This document shows positions 14,100-29,576 of a stretch of DNA of 64,000 nucleotides, in pieces. This DNA is from Eledone cirrhosa. Lineage: Eukaryota. How positions within the stretch are numbered: the first letter of the stretch is position 1; each line of letters starts with the position of its first letter. The stretch lies in assembly GCA_964016885.1 (NCBI GenBank), contig OZ024753.1:26040001-26104000 (forward strand). The letters are read 5' to 3'. The notes beneath the pieces were generated by a model. The model saw only the letters and a program-made list of their open reading frames with translations, searched no databases and was not told the origin of the DNA. The position numbers were made by a program, and so were the translations under genes.

Positions 14100-15400
14100 A
14101 TACAATGCTGTTATAAGTTCTCGCCATCTGTCGTACGTTGACGAGACTCACACTCCCAACGCCGAAATGAAGCAGCTGCTTTTGGTGCTTTTAGCACCTG
14201 ACCACGGCATATTTAAACAAGACAGCCAGTTTCAGATGTTCAAGCCTCCCTGGCGAACACTGCTTGGCTCAGGCAGCTTTGGGGGATTCCTCTAAATATT
14301 CTGAAAGCAGCCAGGTGTTAGCAGCCGGGTGTTAGCAGCCAGGTGTTAGCAGCCGGGTGTTAGCAGCCGGGCGTTAGCAGCCGGGTGTTAGCAGCCGGGC
14401 GTTAGCAGCCGGGTGTTAGCAGCCGGGTGTTAGCAGCCGGGCGTTAGCAGCCGGGTGTTAGCAGCCAGGTGTTAGCAGCCAGGTGTTAGCAGCCGGGTGT
14501 TAGCAGCCAGGTGTTAGCAGCCGGGCGTTAGCAGCCGGGTGTTAGCAGCCAGGTGTTAGCAGCCGGGTGTTAGCAGCCAGGTGTTAGCAGCCGGGTGTTA
14601 GCAGCCGGGTGTTAGCAGCCAGGTGTTAGCAGCCGGGTGTTAGCAGCCGGGCGTTAGCAGCCGGGTGTTAGCAGCCGGGTGTTAGCAGCCGGGTGTTAGC
14701 AGCCGGGTGTTAGCAGCCGGGTGTTAGCAGCCGGGTGTTAGCAGCCGGGTGTTAGCAGCCGGGTGTTAGCAGCCGGGCGTTAGCAGCCGGGCGTTAGCAG
14801 CCGGGGTAGCGGTGTTAGCAGCCGGGTGTTAGCAGCCGGGCGTTAGCAGCCGGGTGTTAGCAGCCGGGCGTTAGCAGCCGGGTGTTAGCAGCCAGGTGTT
14901 AGCAGCCGGGCGTTAGAAGCCAGGTGTTAGCAGCCAGGTGTTAGCAGCGAACACCTTCGCATCATCAATGGAGAGGGCGTTAGACTTCAATCGACCACGT
15001 GACCAAGAGGGTCTTTTCTATTTCGCTCTCGGTCTCCTGTCACAATGGTACCGATAAATGTATCCTGTCACTAGTGGCACGAGTCAAGGACAGAACAGTA
15101 TTTCGGGCTTCGGTCAGGTGCGCATTTCAATTGGGCCTTACCATGCTATTCTCACTGTCAAATATGTATCCTCAGTCCTCTACCCCAGGATAGTCGTCCC
15201 TGACAACACTGTCTTTCAGCGAACGTAGGAGAAGGATTTATCATCTTTTTGACTGAAGCACCCTGTAGAGGTTCTGGTAGAGGTTCTATTGCTGTGGTCA
15301 ATGTCTTCAGAAGGCTGGCTGTCAACGTCCTATGTACCAGGGACGGGGGGAAATCCAGAGGCTGATCAAGATACTCTCATGGACTGACCAAATGAGGTTT
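14100..15400 (-). pseudogene. Heavily decayed CRE-like reverse transcriptase remnant interrupted by a minisatellite
   Basis: rc fragments VRPI, KDPLGHV, ALSIDD, ANTW, YLEE, GLNI fall in the expected RT motif order; many stops and frameshifts. Confidence 0.45.
14306..14948. repeat. GC-rich 14-bp minisatellite RGGYGTTAGCAGCC, ~45 copies
   Basis: Direct reading; one interruption near 14805. Confidence 0.97.
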
Positions 15401-16139
15401 ATTTTTCAACATATTCCCTAGAAAAAAACAATACAATTATTAATAAGGAGAGTTGAAATTAATGCATGCAACATTTCACATCTCTATAATCACTAGTTCA
15501 TAGTGAGCCTATGAACTTTTAAGCTGCCCCTCTTATGTCTGTTACGTAAGAAGGCTCACATGGTATTTTGATGATCGGGAGTATAGCAAGAATGTAGACG
15601 GGGGGGGGGGGGGTGTCTGACTCGACTTTCTTCTTCTTTTACTTCTTCTTCTCCTCCTTCTCTTTTTTTACTTTTTTCTTTTTTTCTTTTTCTATTCTTT
15701 TTCTTTTTCTTCTTCTCCACCTCACTTATTCCTGAGAGGGTCGTGAGGACCGATTCCTCAAACATTCCTTCAAGGGTGTCCTATCAGAAGCAACCGTCTC
15801 CAACTGATTCAGCTGGATCACCAAATGAAACCAGCCAAGCTCATGGATATTAACCATCTTGCTCGGTGTCTACGGGTTGGTTTCGCCCGTAACATCTATC
15901 CAGTGATTCTTTCCTGGGATATTCTAACTACATATCCATAGTACCGGAGCTGTGATCTCTCAATACGGAGAAGTAGCGGCTCTACCTGGAGTGGCTCTCT
16001 GATCATGGATAAAGGTTGTACGCTACAATTCGGCCTCCTGCCTTCCATCAGCCCCGAGATACTTGTGGATTCCTACATGTAACCCTAAATGATTTTATGT
16101 TTCATAACAATTTTATACAATATGTTATGTGACAGTGTT

Positions 16140-16300
16140 ATGGCTCATTACGGTCCGGGTTCAAATACTGCCGAGATTAGCTTTACTCTTCATTCTTACG
16201 TAGGGGTCGATACATAAAGTACTAGTAACACACTCGACTCAATTTACTCCCCTTTCTCTTCCGCCAAAATTGTTAGTCTCGTGTCTAAAGCAGAAACTAT
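16140..16300 (+). mobile_element. Degenerate SINE fragment
   Basis: gggttcaaatactgccgag...cattcttacgtaggggtcgatacataaagtactagtaa. Confidence 0.7.
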
Positions 16301-16374
16301 CAATGTTACTTCGGTTATGATACACCATTGTAATGAGAGGCGGCTGTGTTAATATTTCCACAAGTTTAATTTGT

Positions 16375-16450
16375 TACGCTGTCTATGGTAGCAAAGTAGA
16401 GGCACGTTGCCTAATAGTGTGTCGTGGGTTCGATTCCGGGGCTGGGTTTT
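16375..16450 (+). other. tRNA-like remnant (SINE head or tRNA pseudogene)
   Basis: tggtagcaaagtagag (A-like) and gggttcgattccggg (B box); no clean cloverleaf. Confidence 0.45.
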
Positions 16451-16766
16451 GTGCTGTGTTCTTCGGTAAAATAAGGTTAGTTTTGGAATATTTGTTAATT
16501 GAAATGTATGTTGTTGATATTGGTTTGTGAGGGGAGGTGGGGGATCATACATCTCTTTGCTGTCATCCCATTGTTATCAAAAGACATGTATCTTACACCT
16601 CAATAATCCCCCACCCCGCACCCACCCCACACACACCAGACGCTCACCTAAATTCATCTTTAATATAAAAAATTGTTGAAGTTATTCTTTATGAATTTAA
16701 GATAGTTGATTTAGTTATAAGAAAAGAATTTGAAAAACGTCCTGCCATTATATTTTATTCACCAAA

Positions 16767-16953
16767 GGCGGTGGATTGGCAGTATCGGTAGAGGGTCGGA
16801 CTCCATGCTTTGAAGTATAGAGTTACCTCCCTGTATGATCTGAGTTCAAATCCCGCCGAGGTTAACTTTGCCTTTCATCCTTACGGGGTCGATAAAATAA
16901 AGTACCAGTAATGTACTGGGTAATTGCTAGCCTTGTGCCAAAAAGTAGAAACA
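16767..16953 (+). mobile_element. Full-length tRNA-derived SINE with ~20-bp target-site duplication
   Basis: A and B boxes present; attatattttattcaccaaa at 16747-16766 and 16954-16973. Confidence 0.93.
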
Positions 16954-17770
16954 ATTATATTTTATTCACCAAAGGTCGTCTATTGAAATGGGACCAGCAG
17001 GAGGACACATTTACAGCCCCTATCTAAAACACACCTTAAACACCCCAACACCTCCCAACTCCACTCCCAATCATTATCTTCTGTTACCATTCACTATTTT
17101 CTATATATATGTACTTTAATTACTTTAAATCTTCATCAACACTCATTACGCCCACAACCACCACCAGGCACACCCAAATCTCTCTTATATATAGTCACAC
17201 ATCACAATACAACCTGATCTCAGTTTGACAATCGCCACCGACGAATACGAGAATGTTCTCCAGGAAAGTTAACCAGGAATCTTTTAAAAATCAAGTGAAG
17301 TCATTCTTTTCGATTTTTTAAATATACCAAAGATTTCACACATTTCCCTATATATATATATGTATGTGCGTGTGTGAATTAAAAGTGACAAAGGCGGTGT
17401 GTGGTTACTAATAAATATTGTTTAGAAAATGTAAGAGAAACACAAACATAAGAACAATTCCCGCTCATCAGTTGTCTGCTGTGGGTCGCTGCTGTGGGTC
17501 GCTAATGTTTCGACGCATTAAAGACAGTACGCCTCACCACAGTGCGGGGATAACTAAGAGGAATAGTTATCAGGAAAGAAAACAACAAAAAACAGAGACG
17601 ATAGCGAAGAGGATGAGAAAAAGAAAATAAACAGCCCGTAGCCTAACAGCCTAGAACAGAATCTCCAGCTGTCGATTTTGAGATACTGATGTATCATGGA
17701 AACTGGATAGCATAGAGCTTATCTCATCTTTACCAGGATCTATATTGGAAAACCCCAATATCACTATATA

Positions 17771-17820
<50 letters not shown>

Positions 17821-17829
<9 letters not shown>

Positions 17830-18019
17830 TGTAAGCTATCGCCGTATTTTGACTAAAGAAATTAAAGAAATTATTTAGCCTGATAGTGGGGTTAAGAACC
17901 CTCGGAGAAATGGAAAAAGACGAGTATTGACGTACATGGGTTCTTAACCCCACTATCAGGCTAAAATAATTTCTTTAATTTCTTTAGTCAAAATACGGCG
18001 ATAGCTTACATTTCTAATA
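17821..18019. repeat. Fold-back hairpin, ~81-bp arms, 36-nt spacer, in (TA)n
   Basis: 17821-17901 is the reverse complement of 17938-18019 with one indel. Confidence 0.92.
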
Positions 18020-18933
18020 ATTTCAAACCCACTCGCTGTTTCGAAAATATTCTTACTATATATATATATATACTAGCTGTACTACCCGGAAAAGATGGGG
18101 CTATTCGCAGTTCCCAGAGTGCACCTGAAAATGCTAGCAACCATGGGTGCCTATACTGGATTTTCAATAGCAACCTTTGCTAGGTGTGTTTATGGCAGAT
18201 CAATTTTTTTGTGTGGAACTATCAATAGCTGTTTAAGTCATAAGTCCTTCTTCCCTCCAGCTTCCTTCATTCAGAGTGAATAAGCCGGGAAGTTTGAGCT
18301 CGAAGATTATCAAACTTATTCAACAAACTTGTGTATAAGAATAGCAAACTTACTGCATTAGCACTCAAGAACAAACACAGAACAATTGAGCAAGTCATCG
18401 CAATTATTGAAGAAATTATAACCGAGTGAACATATTCAGGTACTGTTCAAGCACCCTGTATGTCACCGTTTGTAAAGCCCTTCGAATGACTGAAGCAATT
18501 CAATAAAACCATCCCGCTTTCCCCCTATAATGCAAGAAAACATACCATAATAAGTCAGATAAACAATCAGAAGTGTTGGCCCTGAAGATGGCTTTGTAAC
18601 GTTCACTGTTGCAAAGTAACAATAATGGGGGAGAAGTTACATCTTCTTAATTCATGTTAATCTTCCCACGATCCGACACCTCGAAATATTGACAAAATAA
18701 ACTCTACTCTCAAAGGCGGCATGTTACAATTAACATGCCGGGTGTAGAGAATATTCATCAACATATGATTTGGGTTTTATTCTTTGGACTAATCTCATGG
18801 TAAGCCAACTTCCAGGTCATTGATCATCACACTTTTTTGTAACTTATCACCGATTCCTGCAGTTGACCTTAATGTGACCTAAGCGTGTGCACGTGTTCAG
18901 AATCCATATCAGTGGCTGTGATATATATATATA

Positions 18934-19080
18934 TGGAAGTGGTTACACAACAGTTAGTTCACCATACCGAGAACAATTGTTTCACCTACCTTAGCGGATC
19001 CTCAGCTCGTAACGGACATAGTTATACGGAACAGGAAGACTCTACCACTACGGATATTACCTTCCAGTGTTCTACCACTA
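18934..19080 (-). mobile_element. Short HHR-bearing non-autonomous element, family D
   Basis: TA-flanked; homologous to 29277-29537. Confidence 0.8.
18968..19009 (-). ncRNA. Hammerhead, family D (4-nt duplication in stem II)
   Basis: rc: cgag-CTGAGGA-tccgctaaggtaggt-GAAA-caattg-TT-ctcg. Confidence 0.72.
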
Positions 19081-19167
19081 TATATATATAACGAAGGAAA
19101 TGTGATAAGGAACCAGATGCACCATAACGCACCAAAGTACTCAATACTTAGTGTAGTAGAATGGGTA

Positions 19168-19292
19168 ATAGGAACAAGTATGACCCCGACGGCAGAGCTC
19201 AAGCCGTTTCGACGGCTAATTCTGGACTCGATGTCCAGAATTAGCCGTCGAAACGGCTTGAACTCTGCCATCGGGGTCATACTTGTTCCTAT
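19168..19292. repeat. Fold-back hairpin, 60-bp arms, 5-nt loop, each arm with a GAAA half-hammerhead
   Basis: Arms 19168-19227 and 19233-19292 with 2 mismatches; loop tcgat. Confidence 0.92.
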
Positions 19293-19670
19293 ATATATAT
19301 ATATATATATATTCAGACATCTGTTCAGTCGTCAACCAAAATTAGATTGTCGTCTGCTTTGTTTGAAATTTCTTTATGTATATTTCTAATAAGTTGCCTC
19401 GTTTTGGAGTACTGAGTTGTGGGAGGAGGAAGGGGAGTAGTGGAAGGGAGAGTTTAACATACAGTAGTAGTATCTCCTCTTCCCCCTCTCTCACTGAAAC
19501 ATCTTCTCTTTCCTCCTCCATTGTAAAGATGTCCTCAGGGTTTCCATTATTGATTTTTGTTGAAATCCAATTAGCCAGTCTTGTTTCTGAATATTAGCTT
19601 AATATGTGTGTAAAGTTTCATGATCAGATCACTGGTGTAGGCGCCAATTGGTTATACACCAACATTGCCA

Positions 19671-19711
<41 letters not shown>

Positions 19712-20225
19712 TATTTAACAATGAAAATAATAACAAAGTCGAGTTATTTTACCTATTCATATCACTGTTTTACGATCGTTTCGGAGAGTTGATCATATTG
19801 ATATATTGTCTGATCTATAACAGTTATATAACTGTATACTAGCAGACCTCGTATATAGGATCGATTAGACCGTCTTCTTTGGAAACAATGAAGTTAGAAT
19901 TGTTATTGGTAGTATATAAACAAGGTAGATACAAAAATAGACGTACCATACAAATACATATTCCAGATTTCCTCCTTAGATTGATATTGGCCGCGGGAGG
20001 AGAATAGTGGAACCCTGTGTACAGGTGTCATTTAAGGTCGTTAAATGTGTGAATACCAGTGCAAAGACAATGAAGAATATGTAGGATGGGAGCGTTGATA
20101 TCGACAGTTACTCCTCGTCGATATCCCCCAGTTTACTCAATAAGGCCTTAATCTTCTCAAGAAATAGATCGGATTTTACTATGAATGAAATAGAAATCAT
20201 AAGGAATTCGGCGGAACACGGAACC

Positions 20226-20262
20226 TTTCTATCGATTTCACTGGATTACTCGCCATCAGAAT
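20226..20262 (-). ncRNA. Degenerate hammerhead
   Basis: rc: tt-CTGATGG-cgagtaatccagt-GAAA-tcga-TA-gaa; A9>G and poor stem II. Confidence 0.45.
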
Positions 20263-20311
20263 GCATTGAGTTCTATCTACGGTACGAACCTACTACCAAG
20301 GAAGACTACAC

Positions 20312-23040
<2,729 letters not shown>

Positions 23041-23192
23041 TAATTATATAAGCAGAAGGGATATTCCATTTGTTGGTAATTCAACAAATATAAATGTTTA
23101 TACCTGATTCAGAGCACTCGACAAGTTTTCTGGAGTATAATATTCAATGATATTAAATAAATGGAAACTATATTTATAAAACCATATTTATT

Positions 23193-23245
23193 CTATTATA
23201 TATATTTCAAGGGTACCAAAACTTTGGTACGCTTTCATCAGATAA
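23193..23245 (-). ncRNA. Hammerhead, family E
   Basis: rc: ttat-CTGATGA-aagcgtaccaaa(gt)tttggtaccctt-GAAA-tatata-TA-atag. Confidence 0.8.
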
Positions 23246-23299
23246 AATACGAAGTGTGTTTTATAAATGTTGACATAACGAAGGAAAATACCTTAACGG

Positions 23300-23597
23300 T
23301 TCAAGTTTTCCTTGGATAGTCTATCCAAGGAAAACATACATATTTGTAGTAAGGTTGCTTGGATGAGTCCATAGGCGGTATGCAGGTTGAACACTCTATG
23401 CTCCTTCGGAGCAGAGTATGATAGAGGATTTGCCTCGAAATCACTAGACGTATCTGAGGAACTTGCGAATCCAGAGTCAGGTTCGATCTGCAAACAGATT
23501 GCACCTCGAGCTGTTCGCCGGAGAAACATTTGTAATACGTAATAAGTTGTGTTCCGATGCATCACCGATTCTTCCGGACGTATGATGATGATGATGA
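23300..23597 (+). mobile_element. Decayed 3' end of an RTE-like LINE with (TGA)n tail
   Basis: Ends in tgatgatgatgatgat; weak RG.PR...D and WR-like remnants. Confidence 0.5.
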
Positions 23598-23605
23598 TAT
23601 ATGTA

Positions 23606-23646
<41 letters not shown>

Positions 23647-24064
23647 TTTATTTAACGAAGCTTTCATTTTGCACTGTGAGAAAATTTTAACATACGTTTT
23701 GGGGGATCGAATATGTTGTCAGAAAAGAATGATGAGTCGAAACTAAGGAAAAGGATGTCATAAATATTGAGATATATAAATATTGAGTTAGAGATATTAT
23801 ATATTTCTGAAGATATCTGTCTTGTATGTTGATAATATATGTTGATAATATAGAGTAGTGGGAAGAAAGAAACGTGTGTCTTGCAGACATGGTATTCTGT
23901 TTAGAATATATCTGTACATAAGAATGATAGAAACAGATGCATGCGTCTATGGTGTATGTGAGAAATATTTAAATATATGCAAATTGTTGTTACGTACTAC
24001 TTACTTATATAACATGGATGGCTCCTGCACTCTTGTATTTATGTGACAAAATGAGATAAATCTG

Positions 24065-24121
24065 TATGTGTGTGTATCTATGTATGTGTATGCATGTGTG
24101 TATATGTGTGTGTATATATGA

Positions 24122-24153
<32 letters not shown>

Positions 24154-24560
24154 ATATATATGTGTGTATGTAAGTGTGGGTGTATGTGTATGTATGTATG
24201 TGTGTATGTTTGTGTGTATTTATGTATGTTTAGGTATGTGTGTGTGTGTGCATGTGTATGTGTGTGGGTACATGTGTGTATGTATGGGTGTGTTTGTGTG
24301 TATATATGTGTGTATGTATGGGTGTGTTTGTGTACGTATGTGTGTACGTATGTATGTATGTATGTATGTATGTAGGAGTGTGTGGGTGTATATGTATGTA
24401 TGTATGTGTTCAAATTGTGACTCAGGAAGATGAAAGTGCATGAAATGTGATGTTTCCCTGCTTGAGTGTGTATGTGTGGGTGTATGTGTCTGTGTGTATG
24501 TGAGTGTGTATGTGTGGGTGTATATGTCTGTGTGTATGTCTGTATATGTGTGTGTGAGTG
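24065..24560. repeat. Degenerate (TG)n/(TATG)n microsatellite
   Basis: Direct reading. Confidence 0.95.
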
Positions 24561-24671
24561 TGTACTTGTTTTATGAGTAATATAAACACCCTACAATCCA
24601 CTAAATATAGTATTCCTATATTGTATATAGAGTCACTATAGTAACGTAACGCCTCTCCTCTTCTCCCCTCA

Positions 24672-26374
24672 GTACACTGGACCGACTATATGGTCGTTAT
24701 ATCAACGCCACCTCTCTATCACGTGACACTGGACCGACTCCTGAGCTACTTGGTCGTTATATCGACGACTGTATTGGCGCCACCTCTCTATCACGTGAAC
24801 AATTCCACTTCATTCTCTTTTGTTCAATCTTTCCATCCTGTTCTCACCTTCACCACCTCCCTCTCAGATTCTTCTGTCCCTTTTCTTATTATCTCTCTCT
24901 CTCTCTCTATCAATCACTCTCACCACACCCTCTCTACTTCTATCTTCTATAAACCAACAGACTCCCAATCTTACCTCGACTTCACCTCCTCCCATCAAAC
25001 CCACATCAAACACTCCATACCCTACTCCCAATTTCTCCGTTATCGTCGACGATTTCGAAACAAATTCCCTTCGCATGGCTTCCTGCTTCATCCAGCGTGG
25101 ATATCCCTCCACCTTGATTCAAGCTGCTCTTATCCGAGCCCTCTCAACTCACCCCGCCCTCCCAACACCCGCGTTCCTTTCCCTCTCACCTACCACCCCA
25201 TCACCCTATCACTCCGGCGACATATCCTCCTTCCTTCCGTATCCTCTCTTCTGACCCCGTCACTTCTCGCTTTTTTTCCAAACCTACCTATTACTGCTTT
25301 TAAGCGCGCCCGCAACCTGCACGACCTCCTGGTTCGCAGTTCCTTCTCGTCCTCTCCTACGACTCCACCCGGCTCTCATCCTTGTTCTCGTCCCCACTGT
25401 AACACGTGTTCTTTCATTTCCACCCTCACCAAACTCACAGGCCCCAGCGGATCATTCCGTATCCGCCACTCCTTCATCTTCACCTCCACCAACATTGTCT
25501 ATGCCCTCCACTGTTTCCTGTGCATGTCCTTATACATTGGACACACGGGACGTCGTTTGGCGGAACCTTTTGCTGGACATTTGAGGAACATACGACTTGG
25601 TCTGGATACTCCTGTCGCTCGTCATTTCTGTTCTTTTGGTCATTCTTCCCTACATGTTTCAGTCCTGGGTGTCCTTTTACATCATGGATTACAGGCCTCA
25701 CGCACCAGCACTGAACAGTCTGATTTACCGCCCTGGGTCCTGTTTCCCTCATGGACTCAACTCCCCTCCCCAATTTCATTATCATACGCTCATGTTCATT
25801 CACCCCTAGATTCCTATGGCTCTCTTATGGTCAGAAACATATACTTTTAGAGCTGATACAAACCAACAAAATACGCACACTGCACTTGTCCCTTCACATC
25901 TCTGTATACACACGCACACCTTTATATTAGCATACTTTTACTCACAGCTTCGTACTTACAAGCACGCACACGCTTTTACTTACATATACACACACATATC
26001 CTCTTAGCTTCGTATGGACGTATAATACCACACACACACGCACAGATATAGCTCAAGATAGAAAACGTTTTTTTTTAATTTCAGGTAGACGCATTCCATC
26101 ATCTACTTTTCTAAATAAAAATGTATCATACACAAAACGCCAGCACCAACAGTTTTGCAAGAGATGTTGACATGAATGGACCTGTTATTTTTATCTAAAG
26201 ACATTTTTTCCAATTCCACCCCGCCTGTCCCCTCAATCTATCTTATTTCTCATTCTTTCTTCTGATGAAGGACTAGCGTCCTAAACGTTAAAACCCTCTT
26301 CCTGCTATATCAAGCGTTAACCTAATATATCCCTTCCTTATACTGTACCAATTGTGTTGTTATTTCTGTTTACC

Positions 26375-26375
<1 letters not shown>
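24672..26375 (+). mobile_element. 5'-truncated Penelope-like element, Neptune-type (RT C-half, Zn linker, GIY-YIG, 3' pLTR)
   Basis: TGPTPELLGRYIDDCIG (alternative frame near 24730-24780), FYKPTDSQSYLDFTSSH, SIPYSQFLR, PCSRPHCNTC, NIVYALHCFLCMSLYIGHTGRRL; HHR remnant in 3' UTR. Confidence 0.92.
26257..26294 (+). ncRNA. Hammerhead, family C, core-mutated (GAAA>TAAA)
   Basis: CTGATGA-a-gga(ctagcg)tcc-TAAACGTTA. Confidence 0.6.
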
Positions 26376-26449
<74 letters not shown>

Positions 26450-27046
26450 CGTTATTCCGGGTTGAATCGGAGGTAACCACAGTAAGTAAGGTACTCAATA
26501 CATAGCAAAGTATAACAGTTTTAATATAGATGAGATTCTACAGGACTAGAACTGTTTCATTCATTAGAAATCATCAGGAATCTGGGTATCAAAAAATAAA
26601 TATGGTATTTATAGGTCTCTACAAGTGGTAGGAGAGGGTGGGGAGTGGGATGGGTGCAGGTCATTGGTTGATAGAAAAGGGAATTCATTAAAAGCTAATT
26701 CTACAAAGCTATAGTTAATTTTTATTTTTATTTATATTTATTTATGTTTTTAGAGTAACAAAGGCAGACAGAATTCTATAAACAGGTTCCGGATGGCATA
26801 CCATTCCTTGTCAATAAGTTTCTCTTAAGCTAACAGATGTCTATAAAATCAGTGGTGGGTCAGTCATGCTCGATAGAATTAAAGAAAAGGGAGATTCTTT
26901 AAAAGCTAAAGTCATTAAGGTTCTACTAAGTGACAAACGTCTAGAGAATTCTGCAGACAGATTCAAAATACTGAGTGCATATCTTACTATTATCTTCGAA
27001 CTTCTCTTAAACTAATCAACAATATGCCAAAAATCAACAGACACAT
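26450..27046 (-). mobile_element. HHR-bearing PLE-type 3' terminal element, family F
   Basis: 26450-26582 is near-identical to 30162-30293; flanked by microsatellite. Confidence 0.7.
26533..26583 (-). ncRNA. Hammerhead, family F
   Basis: rc: agattc-CTGATGA-t-ttc(taat)gaa-t-GAAA-cag(ttctagtc)ctg-TA-gaatct; all three stems pair. Confidence 0.88.
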
Positions 27047-27326
27047 TCACAAAAAAACAAAAAAACAAAAAAACAGAAAAACAAAAAAACACACATAAAA
27101 AACAAAAAAACACACATACTCACTCACACACTTACGCGCAACCATAAACACACACACAAACACATATACACACATAAAAACACACACACATATATAAAAA
27201 AATATATAAATATATATAAATATATATTCATGTACACACACATACATACACACATACATACATACATACATATATAATACATATACACATATACATACAC
27301 ACATATATATATATATATATACACAT

Positions 27327-27360
<34 letters not shown>

Positions 27361-27424
27361 ATATATATATATACACATATATATATATACATATATACAC
27401 ACATACACACACACACACATATAT

Positions 27425-27495
<71 letters not shown>

Positions 27496-27827
27496 GATAC
27501 ACACACACATACACAAACATACACACACACACACATATATACACAAATAAATACACTCACACGCATACATACAAACACGAGTATACATATGTATAAATAT
27601 CTATACACACACATATACACACATATATATATATACCTATACATATATATATACATATACATATACATATATATATATATATATATATCTATACACACAC
27701 ATACATATACATATATATATATATATATCCATACATACACAAACATACACATACATACACAGACCTATACATAAATATACACATATATATACAGACATAT
27801 AACGCACATATACACACACATATACAT

Positions 27828-27888
<61 letters not shown>

Positions 27889-28221
27889 CATATACATACA
27901 TATACACATATATATATATATATACACACACACGCGCATACACACATACACACACCCACACACAAAATATATATACACACACTCTCTCTCTCATGCACAA
28001 ATATATATATATATATATACACACATATATACATATATATACATACATATACACACATATATACATATATATATACATATATATATACATACATACATAT
28101 AAACACATATATATACATATACACACACAAATACACACACATACACACATATATACATATACATACACACATACACATACATATACACATATATATATAC
28201 ACACACATATACACACATACG

Positions 28222-28271
<50 letters not shown>

Positions 28272-28284
28272 TATACACATACAT

Positions 28285-28333
<49 letters not shown>

Positions 28334-28379
28334 CATAATATATATATACATATATACACACAATCACACACATACACAT

Positions 28380-28470
<91 letters not shown>

Positions 28471-28569
28471 CTCACATTCATATACATACATATACACACA
28501 CACACATACACGCATATACATATATACATACAAATACACACACATACACATATATATACATATATATAC

Positions 28570-28616
<47 letters not shown>

Positions 28617-28675
28617 TATATATATACACACACCTGCCCACACAATCATATACATATATATATACATATATACAC

Positions 28676-28712
<37 letters not shown>

Positions 28713-28725
28713 CATATATACATAC

Positions 28726-28761
<36 letters not shown>

Positions 28762-28765
28762 GCAC

Positions 28766-28796
<31 letters not shown>

Positions 28797-28817
28797 TACA
28801 TATACATATATACATAT

Positions 28818-28862
<45 letters not shown>

Positions 28863-28902
28863 TATATACACACATACATACACACATACATACATATACA
28901 TG

Positions 28903-28975
<73 letters not shown>

Positions 28976-29152
28976 GCATACTTATACACATATATATACA
29001 CAGATATACACACACATACATACATACACACATACACATACATATACATAAGCATACACACACACATACACACATATACATACATACATACATACATACA
29101 CACATACACACATATATATATATATATATATAAAAATATATATATATATATA
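27047..29152. repeat. Mixed (CA)n/(TA)n/(CATA)n microsatellite
   Basis: Direct reading. Confidence 0.97.
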
Positions 29153-29218
29153 TGATATCCGAATTACATTGAGTTCTTCATACGGATTGGACACTACCGT
29201 AAACTTTTGGTAGATTTA

Positions 29219-29278
<60 letters not shown>

Positions 29279-29306
29279 TAGTTTCACAACAGTTAGTTCA
29301 CCATAC

Positions 29307-29344
29307 CGAGAACAATTGTTTCACCTTAGCGGATCCTCAACTCG
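29307..29344 (-). ncRNA. Hammerhead, family D, C3>U mutant
   Basis: rc: cgag-TTGAGGA-tccgctaaggt-GAAA-caattg-TT-ctcg. Confidence 0.6.
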
Positions 29345-29399
29345 CAATTGGCATGGTCATACGGATCACAGAACAGGTTCCGTATGACCATGGCCATTA

Positions 29400-29437
29400 C
29401 GAGCTGAGGATCCGCTAAGGTGAAACAATTGTTCTCG
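29400..29437 (+). ncRNA. Hammerhead, family D, intact core
   Basis: cgag-CTGAGGA-t-cc(gctaa)gg-t-GAAA-caattg-TT-ctcg. Confidence 0.82.
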
Positions 29438-29532
29438 GTATGGTGAACTAACTGTTGTGTAACCACTTCTACCTAACTCGTCCCATGGACTGAGTGCTCT
29501 ACCACTACGTATATTACCTTCAAGTGTTCTAC

Positions 29533-29576
<44 letters not shown>

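Larger units (their letters stand above)
29277..29537. mobile_element. Family D element in fold-back form with two opposed HHRs
   Basis: 29285-29365 is inverted at 29379-29459; same terminal ctaccactacg.atattaccttc.agtgttctaccac as 19042-19078. Confidence 0.85.

Noticed and set aside
14306-14948. CRISPR-like or telomeric array (contains TTAG)
   Set aside because: No spacers, 14-bp head-to-tail units, not TTAGGG or TTAGG; no cas genes
15556-16080. Lys/Glu-rich ORF and neighbouring unique sequence as a host exon
   Set aside because: The ORF derives from a polypyrimidine and poly-G low-complexity tract; the remainder could not be assigned
16375-16450. Functional tRNA gene
   Set aside because: B box present but acceptor and anticodon stems do not pair convincingly
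17430-17476. CTGATGAG on the minus strand
   Set aside because: No downstream stem II plus GAAA
18073-18100. Second Helitron 3' end (ctag...cccgg)
   Set aside because: Hairpin is degenerate and no other boundary is identifiable
18575-18695. Hammerhead with long stem II (CTGAAGA...GAAA) after a possible decayed PLE end
   Set aside because: Stem I and stem II closing pairs could not be formed; protein similarity too weak to call
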